Below are positions 48,794 to 59,116 of a DNA stretch of 64,000 nt, one piece after another. The DNA comes from an uncultured Acidobacteriota bacterium (GTDB lineage: Bacteria > Acidobacteriota > UBA6911). Below the pieces are notes generated by a model. That model was not told where the DNA came from. It made no database searches and saw only the letters and a program-made list of their open reading frames with translations. The stretch's first letter is position 1, and each line of letters begins with the position of its first letter. Both the position numbers and the translations under genes were made by a program. Location of the stretch: assembly GCA_963809485.1 (NCBI GenBank), contig CAWEJX010000020.1:736001-800000 (forward strand). Reading direction: 5' to 3'.

Positions 48794-49567
48794 ATGATTA
48801 TGAGATACGAAACAGTTCTTATGGAAAAAATCGATGGCATTGCCGTCATCACCTTAAATCGCCCCGATAAGCTCAACGCTGTCAATAAGCAAATGAGATC
48901 CGAAGTTCTCGGTCTGCTGGACGAGGTGGAATCGGACGATGGGGTGCGTGTGCTGGTTTTCACTGGAAGCGGTCGCGGATTCTGTGCGGGGGCCGATATC
49001 AGTGAATTCGAAGGGGTCGGGAAGGATCCTCAACTCGAAAGCGGGCGCAGCGGAGACCTGCTCCTGATGCCCAAACGCATTTTCGGGTTTGAAAAACCGA
49101 TCATCGGGGCCATCAATGGAGTGGCAGCGGGAGACGGCGCGCAATGGGTATTGGCCTTTGATTTGAATGTGGCTTCGGAAAGAGCGCGGTTTGGCTGGCC
49201 TGCCACAGGTTTGGGAATCCTCTGACCGTATGGGATCATTAGGCTTCCGGTGGAAGTCGGACGTTTTCGGGCTAAAGAAGTCTTAATGACACGTAAGTTC
49301 CTCAGCGCCCGGGAGGCCTTTGACTGGGGGTTCCTGGCCAAAGTGGTCGCTCCCGAAAAGCTAATGGAGGAGACTCTCGCTCTGGCCGAAGAGATCAAGA
49401 AAATGCCTCCCCTGTCGATCAAGGCGGTCAAACAGGCGGTGAACATGGGTATGGGGGGTTACGAGTATGCCCAGCAGGTGATGATCAATTTGCAGAAGAC
49501 CCAAGATGCCAAAGAAGGCGCCAGGGCATTCATGGAGAAGCGGGAGCCACGATTTGAGGGAAGATAG
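48794..49567 (+). CDS. enoyl-CoA hydratase/crotonase-fold protein with in-frame UGA (predicted selenocysteine at 49223-49225)
   Basis: ITLNRPDKLNA, FTGSGRGFCAGAD, KPIIGAING, then GLGIL-TGA-PYGIIRLP continuing in frame to AFMEKREPRFEGR; SECIS-like hairpin at 49242-49258. Confidence 0.8.
49242..49258 (+). promoter_or_regulatory. candidate bacterial SECIS element
   Basis: GGCTTCC-GGT-GGAAGTC stem-loop with a G-first apical loop 23 nt after the UGA. Confidence 0.6.
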
Positions 49568-49815
49568 CCAAAATGGCTGCTGCATAGAAATCCCACCGGA
49601 TCAAACCAGGCAAGGCTTCGCTCTTGATATCCCGCTAAGAAGCAGGGATGGTGAAGCTGGAAGGCAGGGATCCAGGATGGCTCGTGCATAGGCTTCAATA
49701 GCCGGCTCACTTCTTCGGGAAACTCCCAGCCAAAGGGCTCGTCGAGAAAATCCCGAGGTCCCTTCGATATCCTCTCCTCACGCAATCCGGTCAAGAGACC
49801 AAATGCTCGTATTGC

Positions 49816-50076
49816 AGCTTATAGGTCGTTCAAGCGCGTTTTTTGCCTTTTGTCGTCCGAGGCTTTGATAAGGAAAAGGGATCCTTCAGAAGCCGCGCAA
49901 CAAGCGATAACGTTTTACTAACAAAATGCTGTTTGGGCGGTTTCTAAAAGATTTTCTTGAAAAAGTGATATGTAAACTGAAAAAAACTCCAGAAACTCAA
50001 TTTGCAAATCAGGCAAAAATCACTTTATGCGTGAAAGAGTCGGAAAGGAAACAGAAATAGGCCGGGCTTCGCCTTA
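49816..50076 (+). repeat. direct repeat B
   Basis: Matches 46386-46553 with a ~90-bp insertion at about 49872-49963. Confidence 0.85.
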
Positions 50077-50313
50077 GGCCAACCAGCAGAATTTATTAAT
50101 TGATGTAGTGTTCCGTATCGCTTTCCAATACTGCAGATGCTCTGAAGAAGGTAGACGAATTTCATTTTCTTCTCATCTCCATATTTAACGAAGCAGAGGG
50201 GAAATGAGTCAACATTTCCTCGATATGGTAGCTGATGGCAGGAAGTTTTGAATAACCGAGGTTGGAGGGAGTTACAGTCCGCCTTCGCCTTCGCTTCGCT
50301 CGGCTACGGCGGA

Positions 50314-50363
50314 CAGCCTTCGCTAAAGCTCCGGCTTGCCAGCCGAAGCTTTAGCGAAGGCTG
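50314..50363. repeat. tRNA-adjacent palindrome
   Basis: CAGCCTTCGCTAAAGCTCCGGCT...AGCCGAAGCTTTAGCGAAGGCTG. Confidence 0.75.
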
Positions 50364-50454
50364 GCGGAGAGGGGGGGATTCGAACCCCCGACACCGGTTT
50401 TGCCAGTGTAACTGCTTAGCAGGCAGCCCTGTTCGGCCACTCCAGCACCTCTCC
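50362..50454 (-). tRNA. tRNA-Ser(GCT)
   Basis: GGAGAGG acceptor stem, anticodon loop CT-GCT-AA, long variable arm, GGTTCGAATCC T-arm, encoded GCCA end. Confidence 0.96.
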
Positions 50455-50744
50455 GTGGGCATTGGGACGGCAGGCCGCAAAAATGAGAGCCCATAGTAAC
50501 TAATTTGCACCTTAAAATCCACCAACAACTCATACCGCATGCACAAAGCCGGAAATCAGGAGCCCGAAGCCGCTGTCCATTTTATTCTGGAATAACCGGT
50601 TCCGAAGAAAATCGAGTTCGCCTGGCTGGGCCGTTTTAAGATACGACAGTTGCGGCAGGCGACTTCCCGGATTTTCCTATCGCAGCTTGGTCACTTTGCA
50701 GCTTAATGATAAGCTTGGTTTTTTGGCGAGGAATTAATACTGTC

Positions 50745-52199
50745 ATGGATCCGCAGGTTCGCGTCCGCTTTGCCCCAAGCCCTACAGGCTACCTGCACGT
50801 GGGTGGCGCCCGCACGGCACTGTTCAACTGGCTTTTTGCGCGCCATCACGGCGGCAAGTTCATATTGCGCATCGAGGATACCGATTTCGCCCGGTCTTCG
50901 GAGGAAATGGTCGAGGGCATCCTGAAAGGCATGCGATGGCTTGGCCTGACCTGGGACGAGGGCCCCTACTTCCAATCCCAAACGCTGGACCGCTACCGCG
51001 ATTTCGCGGCCCGGCTATTGGAAACCGGAAGCGCCTATCGCTGCTTTTGCCCTGCGGAGGAAAACGCCGCCGACAAAAACGAAAACCGGGAGGCAAACCT
51101 GGTCCAATCGCCCAGTCACGATTGCGCCGGGCTGACCCGCGAAGAATCGGAACGGCGCGCCGCGTCCGGCGAACCGTATGCCCTGCGCTTCAGGATTCCG
51201 CCGGGCAGGACATCCTTTCACGATCAGGTTTTCGGCGATATAGAGGTCGATAACAAAATTCTGGAAGACTTCGTTCTACTTCGCTCCGATGGTATCCCCA
51301 CCTACCACCTGGGTGTGGTCGTGGATGATCTGGACATGGAAATCACTCACGTCATCCGCGGCGCAGACCACATCTCCAACACACCCAAGCAGGTTCTGAT
51401 CTATCGCGCGTCCGGCGAGCCTCTGCCCGCGTTTGCCCACCTTCCGCTGATTCTCGGCCCGGACAAACAGAGGCTTTCCAAGCGCCACGGAGCGACTTCG
51501 GTAATGTCCTACGCGGAAATGGGCTATATCCCCGACGCGTTTTTCAATTTCCTAGCATTGCTGGGATGGTCGCCCGGCGACGACCGCGAGCTGCTTTCGC
51601 GCCGGGAACTGGCGGAACTGTTCACGCTGGAAGGGGTGGGCAAAGCCAACGCCGTTTTCGGGCTGGAGAAACTGGATTGGCTCAACAGCCAATACCTGCG
51701 CAATGTGTCCCTCGAAAGACTCCGTGAAATGGTCCTCGATGAGCTGAAAACTGCCCGAATCCTGGGCGACGAGACTTCTGCGGTCTCTCCCGCAGATTCG
51801 ATGGATGCCGCTCTGGAACTGCTGAGGAACAGGGCGCACAAGTTGAGCGATTACAGCGGTATCTTCAAGTACTTTTTTACGGATGATTACGTCTATGACC
51901 AGACTGCCGCCGATAGATTTCTGGCGGATCCTAAACTCAAGGACCTGGTACCGGCGCTGCTCGATCAATATCGCCTGGACAACGCTTTCACACTCCAGTC
52001 CACGGAAGACATCCTGCGCGGCCTGGCCCAAAAGGAGGGCGTAAAAGCGGGGCTTCTCATCAACGCGCTGCGCGTAGGCCTGACCGGCCAGGGAGTTGCG
52101 CCGGGCCTGTTCGAGGTCATGCGGGCGCTGGGCCGCAAGCGCACCCTGGAACGCATAGAACGCCTGATTACTTATTTACGAATGACGAATTACGGATGA
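50745..52199 (+). CDS. gltX: glutamate--tRNA ligase
   Basis: RFAPSPTGYLHVGGART, LRIEDTD, THVIRG.DH and LSKRHG motifs. Confidence 0.97.
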   Translation: MDPQVRVRFAPSPTGYLHVGGARTALFNWLFARHHGGKFILRIEDTDFARSSEEMVEGILKGMRWLGLTWDEGPYFQSQTLDRYRDFAARLLETGSAYRCFCPAEENAADKNENREANLVQSPSHDCAGLTREESERRAASGEPYALRFRIPPGRTSFHDQVFGDIEVDNKILEDFVLLRSDGIPTYHLGVVVDDLDMEITHVIRGADHISNTPKQVLIYRASGEPLPAFAHLPLILGPDKQRLSKRHGATSVMSYAEMGYIPDAFFNFLALLGWSPGDDRELLSRRELAELFTLEGVGKANAVFGLEKLDWLNSQYLRNVSLERLREMVLDELKTARILGDETSAVSPADSMDAALELLRNRAHKLSDYSGIFKYFFTDDYVYDQTAADRFLADPKLKDLVPALLDQYRLDNAFTLQSTEDILRGLAQKEGVKAGLLINALRVGLTGQGVAPGLFEVMRALGRKRTLERIERLITYLRMTNYG

Positions 52200-52341
52200 C
52201 GAATTTAGACAAACATTATCGGGTATGATCAGACAAGTGCATGTCGGGCATTATCCATCTGATGATTGTCCATGATGCAGAGGCCGCTTCCACCGGCATA
52301 GACCAAATTCGTCATTCGCAATTCGTCATTCGTAATTCGAA
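52176..52341. repeat. inverted heptamer arrays (AATKACG / ATTCGTM)
   Basis: 52176-52205 versus 52306-52341. Confidence 0.8.
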
Positions 52342-52352
52342 AGGGGGATGAC

Positions 52353-53090
52353 ATGACTAAGCTGGGAGTCAACATCGATCACATCGCTACCATCCGCCAG
52401 GCCCGGCAGGCCCTGGAACCAGATCCCGTGGCCGCGGCCATTGTGGCCGAACTGGCAGGAGCCGACGGCATTACGGTCCACTTGCGCAAAGACCGCCGGC
52501 ATATTCAGGACAGCGATGTGCGCCGGTTACGCGAGACGGTGACAACCCGTTTGAATCTTGAAATGGCGGCAACTCCCGAAATGCTTCAGATAGCCCTCCA
52601 GCTTCGCCCGGACCAGGTGACATTGGTCCCGGAAAAAGAGAGCGAGGTCACCACTCAAGGCGGATTGAGCATCGCCGGTTCCGTCAAGCCTATCGCTGCC
52701 GCCGTCCGAAATCTTGCAAAGGGCGGAATACAGGTCAGCCTATTCATCGATCCGGATCCCGAGCAAATTGACGCCTCTGCGGATACCGGGATTTCAATGA
52801 TCGAGCTGAACACGCGCGCATATTCGGAAGCCTCCCCCAAGAGCCCCGATCTGGCCGGGACCGAATTCAAGAGAGAGCTGACAAAGATAGTTCAGGCGGC
52901 CGGGCTGGCCCGTAAAAAAGGGCTGAAGGTCCTTGCAGGTCACGGTCTGACTTACCGCAACGTGGGATTTATCTCGAGCATCCCGGAAATCGAAGAGCTT
53001 AATATCGGGCATAACATCATCGCGCGCGCTGTTCTGGTCGGCCTGGACCGCGCCGTCCGCGAAATGCTGCACGCCATGGAAACAAAATGA
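52353..53090 (+). CDS. pdxJ: pyridoxine 5'-phosphate synthase
   Basis: [37 protein letters not shown] and ELNIGH motifs. Confidence 0.97.
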   Translation: MTKLGVNIDHIATIRQARQALEPDPVAAAIVAELAGADGITVHLRKDRRHIQDSDVRRLRETVTTRLNLEMAATPEMLQIALQLRPDQVTLVPEKESEVTTQGGLSIAGSVKPIAAAVRNLAKGGIQVSLFIDPDPEQIDASADTGISMIELNTRAYSEASPKSPDLAGTEFKRELTKIVQAAGLARKKGLKVLAGHGLTYRNVGFISSIPEIEELNIGHNIIARAVLVGLDRAVREMLHAMETK

Positions 53091-53099
53091 CGAATGACG

Positions 53100-53502
53100 A
53101 GTCAGGTACCTCCGGCAAAGCCGGAGGCTTGAAAGATTTGAACCGCTCAAAGCGGTTGGACTAGTTACGCCGGTCTTGAACGCTGACTTACGCGGGCAAA
53201 AGCCGATGAGGCGCTTCCGATCCCCGCAGGGGCCAGCGCTCCGCGCTGGACAGTTTTCTGCGGCGGCACTGTGGCAAGCGCCGTGAGGCAAGGAGATGAA
53301 GGGTATGAGAAACCGGGCGTTTGCCACAGTGCCGCCGCAGAAAACTTCATCGGAAGCGCCTCATCGGCTTTTGCTCGCCGACCTTCGCCGAACAAATCGG
53401 CGTTTGTCAGCGCTTTTATCAGCGTTTCTCAGCGTTTCAAAACACGGAGCTGTCAAACTCTTTGAGTCCCCCGGCAGAGCCGGGGATTTACTAATGTAAT
53501 TA
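53100..53502 (-). mobile_element. non-autonomous IS200/IS605-type element, copy 3
   Basis: Same ends and internal inverted repeats as copies 1 and 2. Confidence 0.85.
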
Positions 53503-53621
53503 AACATTCGCCGCCTCAATTCATGATTCGTAAAAGTGTCGAGTAACCTTTATACCAATTTAGCCAAAGCTGCTGGTTTCTGGGTTGTTTTTTCAATTCG
53601 TAATTCGTCATTCGTAAGGAT

Positions 53622-54473
53622 ATGGGGACACTCTTTCTTGTAGCAACACCGATCGGGAACCTCGAAGACATCACTTTGCGAGCGCTTCGCATATTGAAAG
53701 AAGTGGATCTGATCGCCTGCGAAGACACGCGGTACACCGCCAGGCTCCTGAATCGATACGCCATCGATACCCCGAGGGAGAGCTATCACCAGTTCAATGA
53801 AGCCAGCCGCGCGCCGCAGCTGATACAAATGCTTCGCGCCGGCAAAAACATCGTTCTGGTAAGTGATTCCGGCACGCCGTTGATTTCCGATCCGGGATAC
53901 GAGCTGGTGGCTTCCTGCCGTAGAGAAGGCATTCCGGTCGTGCCGGTTCCCGGGCCATCTGCCGCTATCGCAGCCCTCACCGGCTCGGGCCTGCCCACCG
54001 ACGCATTTTTCTTCGCCGGCTTTCTTCCTGCGAGAAGCTCGCAGAGAAAACGCAGGCTCCAGGAGCTTTCCGAGATCCCCGCAACTCTGATATTTTACGA
54101 AGCCCCGCACCGTATACTAGCATCCCTCGAAGACATGGCAGCCATCCTGGGCGCCCGCCGGGCATGCATCGCCCGCGAATTAACCAAGATGCACGAAGAG
54201 CTTCTCCACGGCACCCTGCCGGAACTTCTCCAAATCTTTCAAGCGCGCCCCAGGATCCAGGGCGAATTCACGATTGTGATTGAGCAGGGACAGACGGTTC
54301 AGGTTTCCGCCATCTGGCCCGACTCCATCAAACAGCATCTGGAAGAGGAAATGAGGAAGAGCGGGCTCCCGAGAAATGAAGCCCTCAAATCCGTAGCCAG
54401 ACAAAGAGGCATCTCGCGCAAAGAAGCCTATAACAAATTGAATGACGAATTACGAATGACGACTGACGAATGA
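53622..54473 (+). CDS. rsmI: 16S rRNA (cytidine1402-2'-O)-methyltransferase
   Basis: VATPIGNLEDITLRA, CEDTR, SDSGTP.ISDPG, YEAPHR and RELTK.HEE motifs. Confidence 0.96.
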   Translation: MGTLFLVATPIGNLEDITLRALRILKEVDLIACEDTRYTARLLNRYAIDTPRESYHQFNEASRAPQLIQMLRAGKNIVLVSDSGTPLISDPGYELVASCRREGIPVVPVPGPSAAIAALTGSGLPTDAFFFAGFLPARSSQRKRRLQELSEIPATLIFYEAPHRILASLEDMAAILGARRACIARELTKMHEELLHGTLPELLQIFQARPRIQGEFTIVIEQGQTVQVSAIWPDSIKQHLEEEMRKSGLPRNEALKSVARQRGISRKEAYNKLNDELRMTTDE

Positions 54474-54611
54474 AAACATGCATTCCGAGAGTCCACATAC
54501 GTTGCATCTATTCGTCAGCAATTCCTGCCAAATATATCCGTGAAAACCGAAAAACCGGCTTTTTATATTCGTAATTCGAAATTCGTCATTCGTAATTCGT
54601 AATTCGTAATT
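54440..54611. repeat. inverted heptamer arrays (AATKACG / ATTCGTM)
   Basis: 54440-54473 versus 54567-54611. Confidence 0.8.
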
Positions 54612-55161
54612 ATGGAATAAGGCCTTTCCCGTCAAGTTCCCCCGGAAGAAATCCGGCTTTGCGGCCTTGGTCGTAGACTTCGGATCTTTCCTTACGCTGC
54701 TGCTTCAGCCTGAGCTCCAGATCCTCGATTTCTTCCTGCAACCGGCGGAGCGAGTCCGCGTTTCCTGCGGCTCTGGAAATCGGTCCGACTTTCGGAGGGG
54801 CCCATTTTTCAGCCTGAAGGCGTGCCCTGCGCGCCTTGAGGCGTTCCTCGTCTTTCTGTATCGAACGGTCCAGCTTCTGAAGCGCGGTACGGTAACCGCG
54901 AACCGACGGTTGACCTTTGCCGGAAGCCGACTCTTTGATCGATTTTTGGGGCGCCGAGTGATCAGGCGCAAATACGGTCAGGTTTCCGTTTGGGGCCAGA
55001 AGCTCCGGATCACCCTCGATGATTTTTGTTTCGATTCCCTGCTCATCCATCCGCCTCCTCCGCTCAGCTTCCTGACGGGCGACATCAGCCAGGGACTGAA
55101 GCGCGAAAATCAGCAATACGGCAAGGCTGGAGGATCTGAAATTTGCGGCCACCATGTCCAT
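54610..55161 (-). CDS. secreted coiled-coil hypothetical protein
   Basis: Hydrophobic leader, QSLADVARQE, coiled coils and C-terminal RKAG.LPG. Confidence 0.7.
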   Translation of the reverse strand: MDMVAANFRSSSLAVLLIFALQSLADVARQEAERRRRMDEQGIETKIIEGDPELLAPNGNLTVFAPDHSAPQKSIKESASGKGQPSVRGYRTALQKLDRSIQKDEERLKARRARLQAEKWAPPKVGPISRAAGNADSLRRLQEEIEDLELRLKQQRKERSEVYDQGRKAGFLPGELDGKGLIP

Positions 55162-55210
55162 CTAATGACCGGATGCGGTTTTGAGCAAGAAAAAATCGAG
55201 AGGATCGGAA

Positions 55211-56659
55211 CTAAACCTGAAGCGGCGGGGCGGCAAAAGGAAAGGATTGAGCGTACGCTTCGGCAAACCGAAGCAGCACCGACTCCTGGAACTGGTTCGC
55301 GAGGACCTGAAGACCTACAGGCAGGCCGGCACTGGTGAATCCGCAGGGAAGCGAAAGCGCCGGAATTCCGGCGAGGTTCGCCGTGACGGTATATATATCC
55401 GAAAGGTACATGGACAATGGATCCGAAATCTTTTCACCGATCCTAAAGGCGGCTGTCGGGCTGACCGGACTGATCAATGCGTCGACTTTCTCGAACGCCC
55501 GGTCGTAATCGCGCTTGATCAGGGTCCGCACCTTCATGGCCCGGCCATAATAGGCTTCATAGTAGCCTGACGAAAGAGCATAGGTCCCGATCATTATCCG
55601 CCGCTTTACCTCCGCGCCGAATCCGTCGCTTCGGGTACGCTTGTACATGTCCGACAGGTCCTTCGGAGCGGAGACGCGTTCCCCGTACCGAACGCCGTCA
55701 TAGCGGGCAAGGTTGGAGCTGGCCTCTGCGGGAGCGATAATGTAGTAGTCTGCGATGGCATAGCGGGTATTGGGAAGAGAAACGTCCATCAGCTCGCAGC
55801 CGAGCGAATGTGCATTGCGGATAGCTGCTTCGATAGCCAATTTTACTTCGGGATCCAGACCCTCTCCGAAAAACTCCCGGGGTATTCCCAGTCTCAGGCC
55901 TCGTACCGGCTTGTTCAGCTCCGCGGCATAGTCCGGCACCGGCACGGGTGACGACGTGGAATCGCGAGCATCCCGGCCCGCAAGAACACCCAAGAGAAGG
56001 GCAACATCCTTAGGATTATTCCCGATGGGAGCAACGCAGTCCAGGGACGACGCAAAGGCAACCAGGCCATAGCGGGATATGCGGCCATAGGTAGGTTTCA
56101 GCCCCAAAACATTGCAGAAAGAAGCCGGTTGCCGGACGGATCCGCCGGTTTCCGACCCCAGCGCCAGGGTCGCCATCCCGGCGGCCACCGCCACTGCGCT
56201 GCCACCGCTGCTGCCACCGGAAACGCGCTCCGGATCATAGGGATTCCGCGTCACATGGAAGGCGGAGTTTTCGGTGGAAGAACCCATGGCGAATTCGTCA
56301 CAGTTGGCCTTGCCGATGATTAGGGCACCGGCAAGCTCCAGGCGCTCGACAGCGGTAGCGTTGTAGGGCGGAAGATAATTCCGCAGGATTCGGGAGCCGC
56401 AGGTAGTCCGCAGGTTTCGCGTGCAGATATTGTCCTTGACGGCAACGGGAACGCCGGCAAGCGGATAGTCACGCTCCCTTATCGTGCGGTCGATTTCATC
56501 GGCGCGCGCCAGAATCCTTTCCGGTTCGACGGTCAGGAAAGCTCCCAGTTTTGCATCGAGTGTTTCTATGCGCTGCAAGGCGGCGGCAGCCACTTCCCTT
56601 GCCGTAACCTGGCCCGAACGGATCGCACCGCTGATAACCGAAGCATCTCTAATATCCAT
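55211..56659 (-). CDS. gatA: Asp/Glu-tRNA amidotransferase subunit A
   Basis: [47 protein letters not shown] and MYLSDIYT motifs. Confidence 0.97.
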   Translation of the reverse strand: MDIRDASVISGAIRSGQVTAREVAAAALQRIETLDAKLGAFLTVEPERILARADEIDRTIRERDYPLAGVPVAVKDNICTRNLRTTCGSRILRNYLPPYNATAVERLELAGALIIGKANCDEFAMGSSTENSAFHVTRNPYDPERVSGGSSGGSAVAVAAGMATLALGSETGGSVRQPASFCNVLGLKPTYGRISRYGLVAFASSLDCVAPIGNNPKDVALLLGVLAGRDARDSTSSPVPVPDYAAELNKPVRGLRLGIPREFFGEGLDPEVKLAIEAAIRNAHSLGCELMDVSLPNTRYAIADYYIIAPAEASSNLARYDGVRYGERVSAPKDLSDMYKRTRSDGFGAEVKRRIMIGTYALSSGYYEAYYGRAMKVRTLIKRDYDRAFEKVDALISPVSPTAAFRIGEKISDPLSMYLSDIYTVTANLAGIPALSLPCGFTSAGLPVGLQVLANQFQESVLLRFAEAYAQSFPFAAPPLQV

Positions 56660-56753
56660 CTCTAGTTCCTGACAAAAAAGGCAGCATCAGAAATGCCGTC
56701 TTCCGGCTTCCCGTTTCGACAGATATATCTTTGTATCATTCTCTATTTATCAA

Positions 56754-57050
56754 TCAGATTACCTTGGGGACCCTGAAATGACCGGAACCCGCATCCGGCG
56801 CGTTCGCGAGGCTTTCCTCGACAGGCAGGGACGGTTTGATTTCATCTTCCCTGAAGATATGCCGCTCGAAATCGGCTGTCAGGGAAACATGGCTCGTGGG
56901 CTCCACTTCCTCGACGTCCGCTTCTTTGAGCTGCTCAATATAATCCAGGATGCGCTGAAACTGGACGGTGAAGGCGTCAAGCTCCTCTTCACTGAAATGA
57001 AGCTTTGCCAGATCGGCTATTTTAAGAACTTCGGCTCGGGTTATGGACAC
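56754..57050 (-). CDS. gatC: Asp/Glu-tRNA amidotransferase subunit C
   Basis: IT..EV.KIA.LAKL, VEPT, RED and NAP....F.VPKVI; GTG start. Confidence 0.93.
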   Translation of the reverse strand: MSITRAEVLKIADLAKLHFSEEELDAFTVQFQRILDYIEQLKEADVEEVEPTSHVSLTADFERHIFREDEIKPSLPVEESLANAPDAGSGHFRVPKVI

Positions 57051-57084
57051 GGTTGAGTCTCCGACAAACACGCCTAATCAAAAA

Positions 57085-57247
57085 ACCGGCAAAACCGGAG
57101 TTTTGGTCATACACGGTTCAAAGCGCCCGGATCGGCTCCACCGGCTTCAGCCGCTGACACACTCTGATTTTCATCCTGAAGGTCAGCGTTCGCCATTCCT
57201 GGCACTTTCAAGCTTCATAGGTATCCCAACAAAGTTCTGACCGTCCC
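57085..57247 (-). ncRNA. structured intergenic RNA, 6S (SsrS)-like long irregular hairpin
   Basis: Nested pairings on the minus strand: GGTCAGAAC/GTTTTGCC, TTGG/CCAA, ATAC/GTAT, AAAGTGCC/GGCGCTTT, GGA/TCC, GCTGAC/GTCAGC; about 165 nt. Confidence 0.5.
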
Positions 57248-57271
57248 AATCTATAGAGATTCGCCCTCGCA

Positions 57272-58237
57272 TCAATCCCAGGACCGGCTGGGAACTGCGA
57301 TTTTCAGCCAGGTAAAATAGCGCCGGGCATTGGCGATATCCTTCCGGATCTGCTCGATCAGAGCCTGCCTCCCGGAAAACCGTCTTTCATCGCGCAGGCG
57401 CACAAGAAAATCCAGGGAAACCTGCTTATCGTAAATATCCTGCTCGAAATCAAGTACGTGCGTTTCGATGCTGAGAGTTGCTCCTTCGTCCGTATCGACG
57501 GTGGGACGAAATCCGATATTTGTTACGCCCTTGTATCTGCGGCCTTCCAGGTTGAGCATCGTGACATAAACACCCCGGCGCGGAATCAGCTCATTGGGCG
57601 ACCGGAGGTTTGCCGTGGGGACTCGAAGCCGGGAGCCGAGGCCTATTCCATGGATGATTTCACCCTCCAGCGCAAAGGGACGTCCCAGCAGACGCCGCGC
57701 CAGCCCGACCTGTCCGGAGATCAAAGCCTGGCGTATCCCGGTGCTCGAGACGCGGCTGTCCCGGAATTGCACCTGGTGGATTTTTGCGGCCAAAAAGCCT
57801 TTTTCTTCGCCGATTTCCTTGAGCAGATTGAAGCTTCCCTGCCTGCGGTTTCCGAATGCGAAATTGGGCCCGACATAAATCTCTTTCGGGCGAAGCTTCT
57901 CCCATAGGACCTGCAGCGCAAAACCGCGCGCACTCATCTGCGCAAGCGTCAGGTCAAAGGGAATGATGACAACCAGCGGGATTCCCAGGGTTTCAATGGT
58001 TGCAATTTTCTGATTGAGTGTCTGGATCTGCAGCGGTGCATTGTTTGGCGCCAGAACCTGGAGCGGATGGGGGTGAAAAGTCATCACAACCGGAGTGCCG
58101 TTTATCCTGGCCGCACGGGCCATCAGGTCCCGCATCAGGCCCTGATGGCCGAGGTGAACTCCGTCGAAATTTCCAATGGTGACAACAGGCGCCGGATATT
58201 CCGGAATCAGCTCCTCCAGGCGGTAGATAACTGTCAT
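57272..58237 (-). CDS. ribF: bifunctional riboflavin kinase / FAD synthetase
   Basis: IGNFDGVHLGHQ, TFHPHP, VSSTGIR, PTANL, NIGFRPT, ETH and LRDERRF motifs. Confidence 0.97.
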   Translation of the reverse strand: MTVIYRLEELIPEYPAPVVTIGNFDGVHLGHQGLMRDLMARAARINGTPVVMTFHPHPLQVLAPNNAPLQIQTLNQKIATIETLGIPLVVIIPFDLTLAQMSARGFALQVLWEKLRPKEIYVGPNFAFGNRRQGSFNLLKEIGEEKGFLAAKIHQVQFRDSRVSSTGIRQALISGQVGLARRLLGRPFALEGEIIHGIGLGSRLRVPTANLRSPNELIPRRGVYVTMLNLEGRRYKGVTNIGFRPTVDTDEGATLSIETHVLDFEQDIYDKQVSLDFLVRLRDERRFSGRQALIEQIRKDIANARRYFTWLKIAVPSRSWD

Positions 58238-58245
58238 ATTCCCTG

Positions 58246-58671
58246 CTAGATCTTGATCCGGTTGGTCTTCGCCATGTACTTCATCCGGAGCTCGTAGAGA
58301 ACATTCTCAAGCAGTTGCCGCTCGTCGTTGCTCAGATTGCCTTTGGTCTTCTCCTCGAGCATGTTCAGGATATCGATCGTATGTCGGGCCGCCTCGATGT
58401 CCTCTTCCTTCTTATTGGTATAGGGATTTGGTATTTCGCCCATCAGCACAAGGCCCTGCGTATAGTAAGAAAGCAGATAGGAAGGAAAGTCTATGGCAGG
58501 CCTGGGGGGGATATCCTGCTGCGCAGATTTTGCTTCTTCTTTGGAAGACGGCTCTGTGATTGGTTTTTCCTGTGGTTTTTGGCTGTCTTCCGGAGCCCGC
58601 GCTTCGCCATCTTCGCGGAACCCCCTTTTATCGGTTATCGTAAAACTCTGTTCTTCCTGTTCTTTAGTCAT
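58246..58671 (-). CDS. DUF1844-like protein
   Basis: F.ITDKR and ARHTID.L.ML.EKTKGNL..DE..LL...LYELRM motifs. Confidence 0.85.
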   Translation of the reverse strand: MTKEQEEQSFTITDKRGFREDGEARAPEDSQKPQEKPITEPSSKEEAKSAQQDIPPRPAIDFPSYLLSYYTQGLVLMGEIPNPYTNKKEEDIEAARHTIDILNMLEEKTKGNLSNDERQLLENVLYELRMKYMAKTNRIKI

Positions 58672-59116
58672 AGCGGCACCTATCCGAAGACTGGGTGGGA
58701 ATTGAATTTAAAATGCTATCATCGGCCTTATTGCGGCTCAAGGGAAATTGCCGAAATCACGCCTCTCTAACGCATTGCAGCGCCATCGCGACGGCTGCCC
58801 TTCACCTGCCGTCTCAGAAGACAATATGCGTTGCAGGCGGAACGTCAGGCTGATCCAGTTGGAAATGCTTTTGTGCTGCAGCTCACCGCCCCGTCAGGCT
58901 AACCTCGGTGCATCCTGACTGCATCGGGCGAAAATATATCTCATATGCAAAATGCGGCCCCGAGCGACATGCTGGGGGGCACAGGTCGCCTGCTCCGGCC
59001 GGGCAATACCACGCGCCTGCATCAGCCGAATCCGGAGACCCGTTCCGCCTGTCGTGCAACTCTTATCGATGCCCACCCTGCGCAGTGCTTCGGAGAAACC
59101 TTTTGGGAAATGCAGC

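Larger units (their letters stand above)
46200..50361. mobile_element. small degraded genomic islet at the tRNA-Ser 3' end
   Basis: TGGCGGAGAGGGGGG(A)GATTC at 46200-46220 repeats the tRNA 3' end at 50362; lower GC; pseudogenes; no integrase seen. Confidence 0.65.

Noticed and set aside
50362-50454. tRNA-Sec (selC) next to the UGA-containing gene
   Set aside because: The anticodon is GCT and the acceptor stem is 7 bp, so this is an ordinary tRNA-Ser
52176-54611. CRISPR array
   Set aside because: Units are 7-nt tandem repeats without unique spacers; no cas genes in the window
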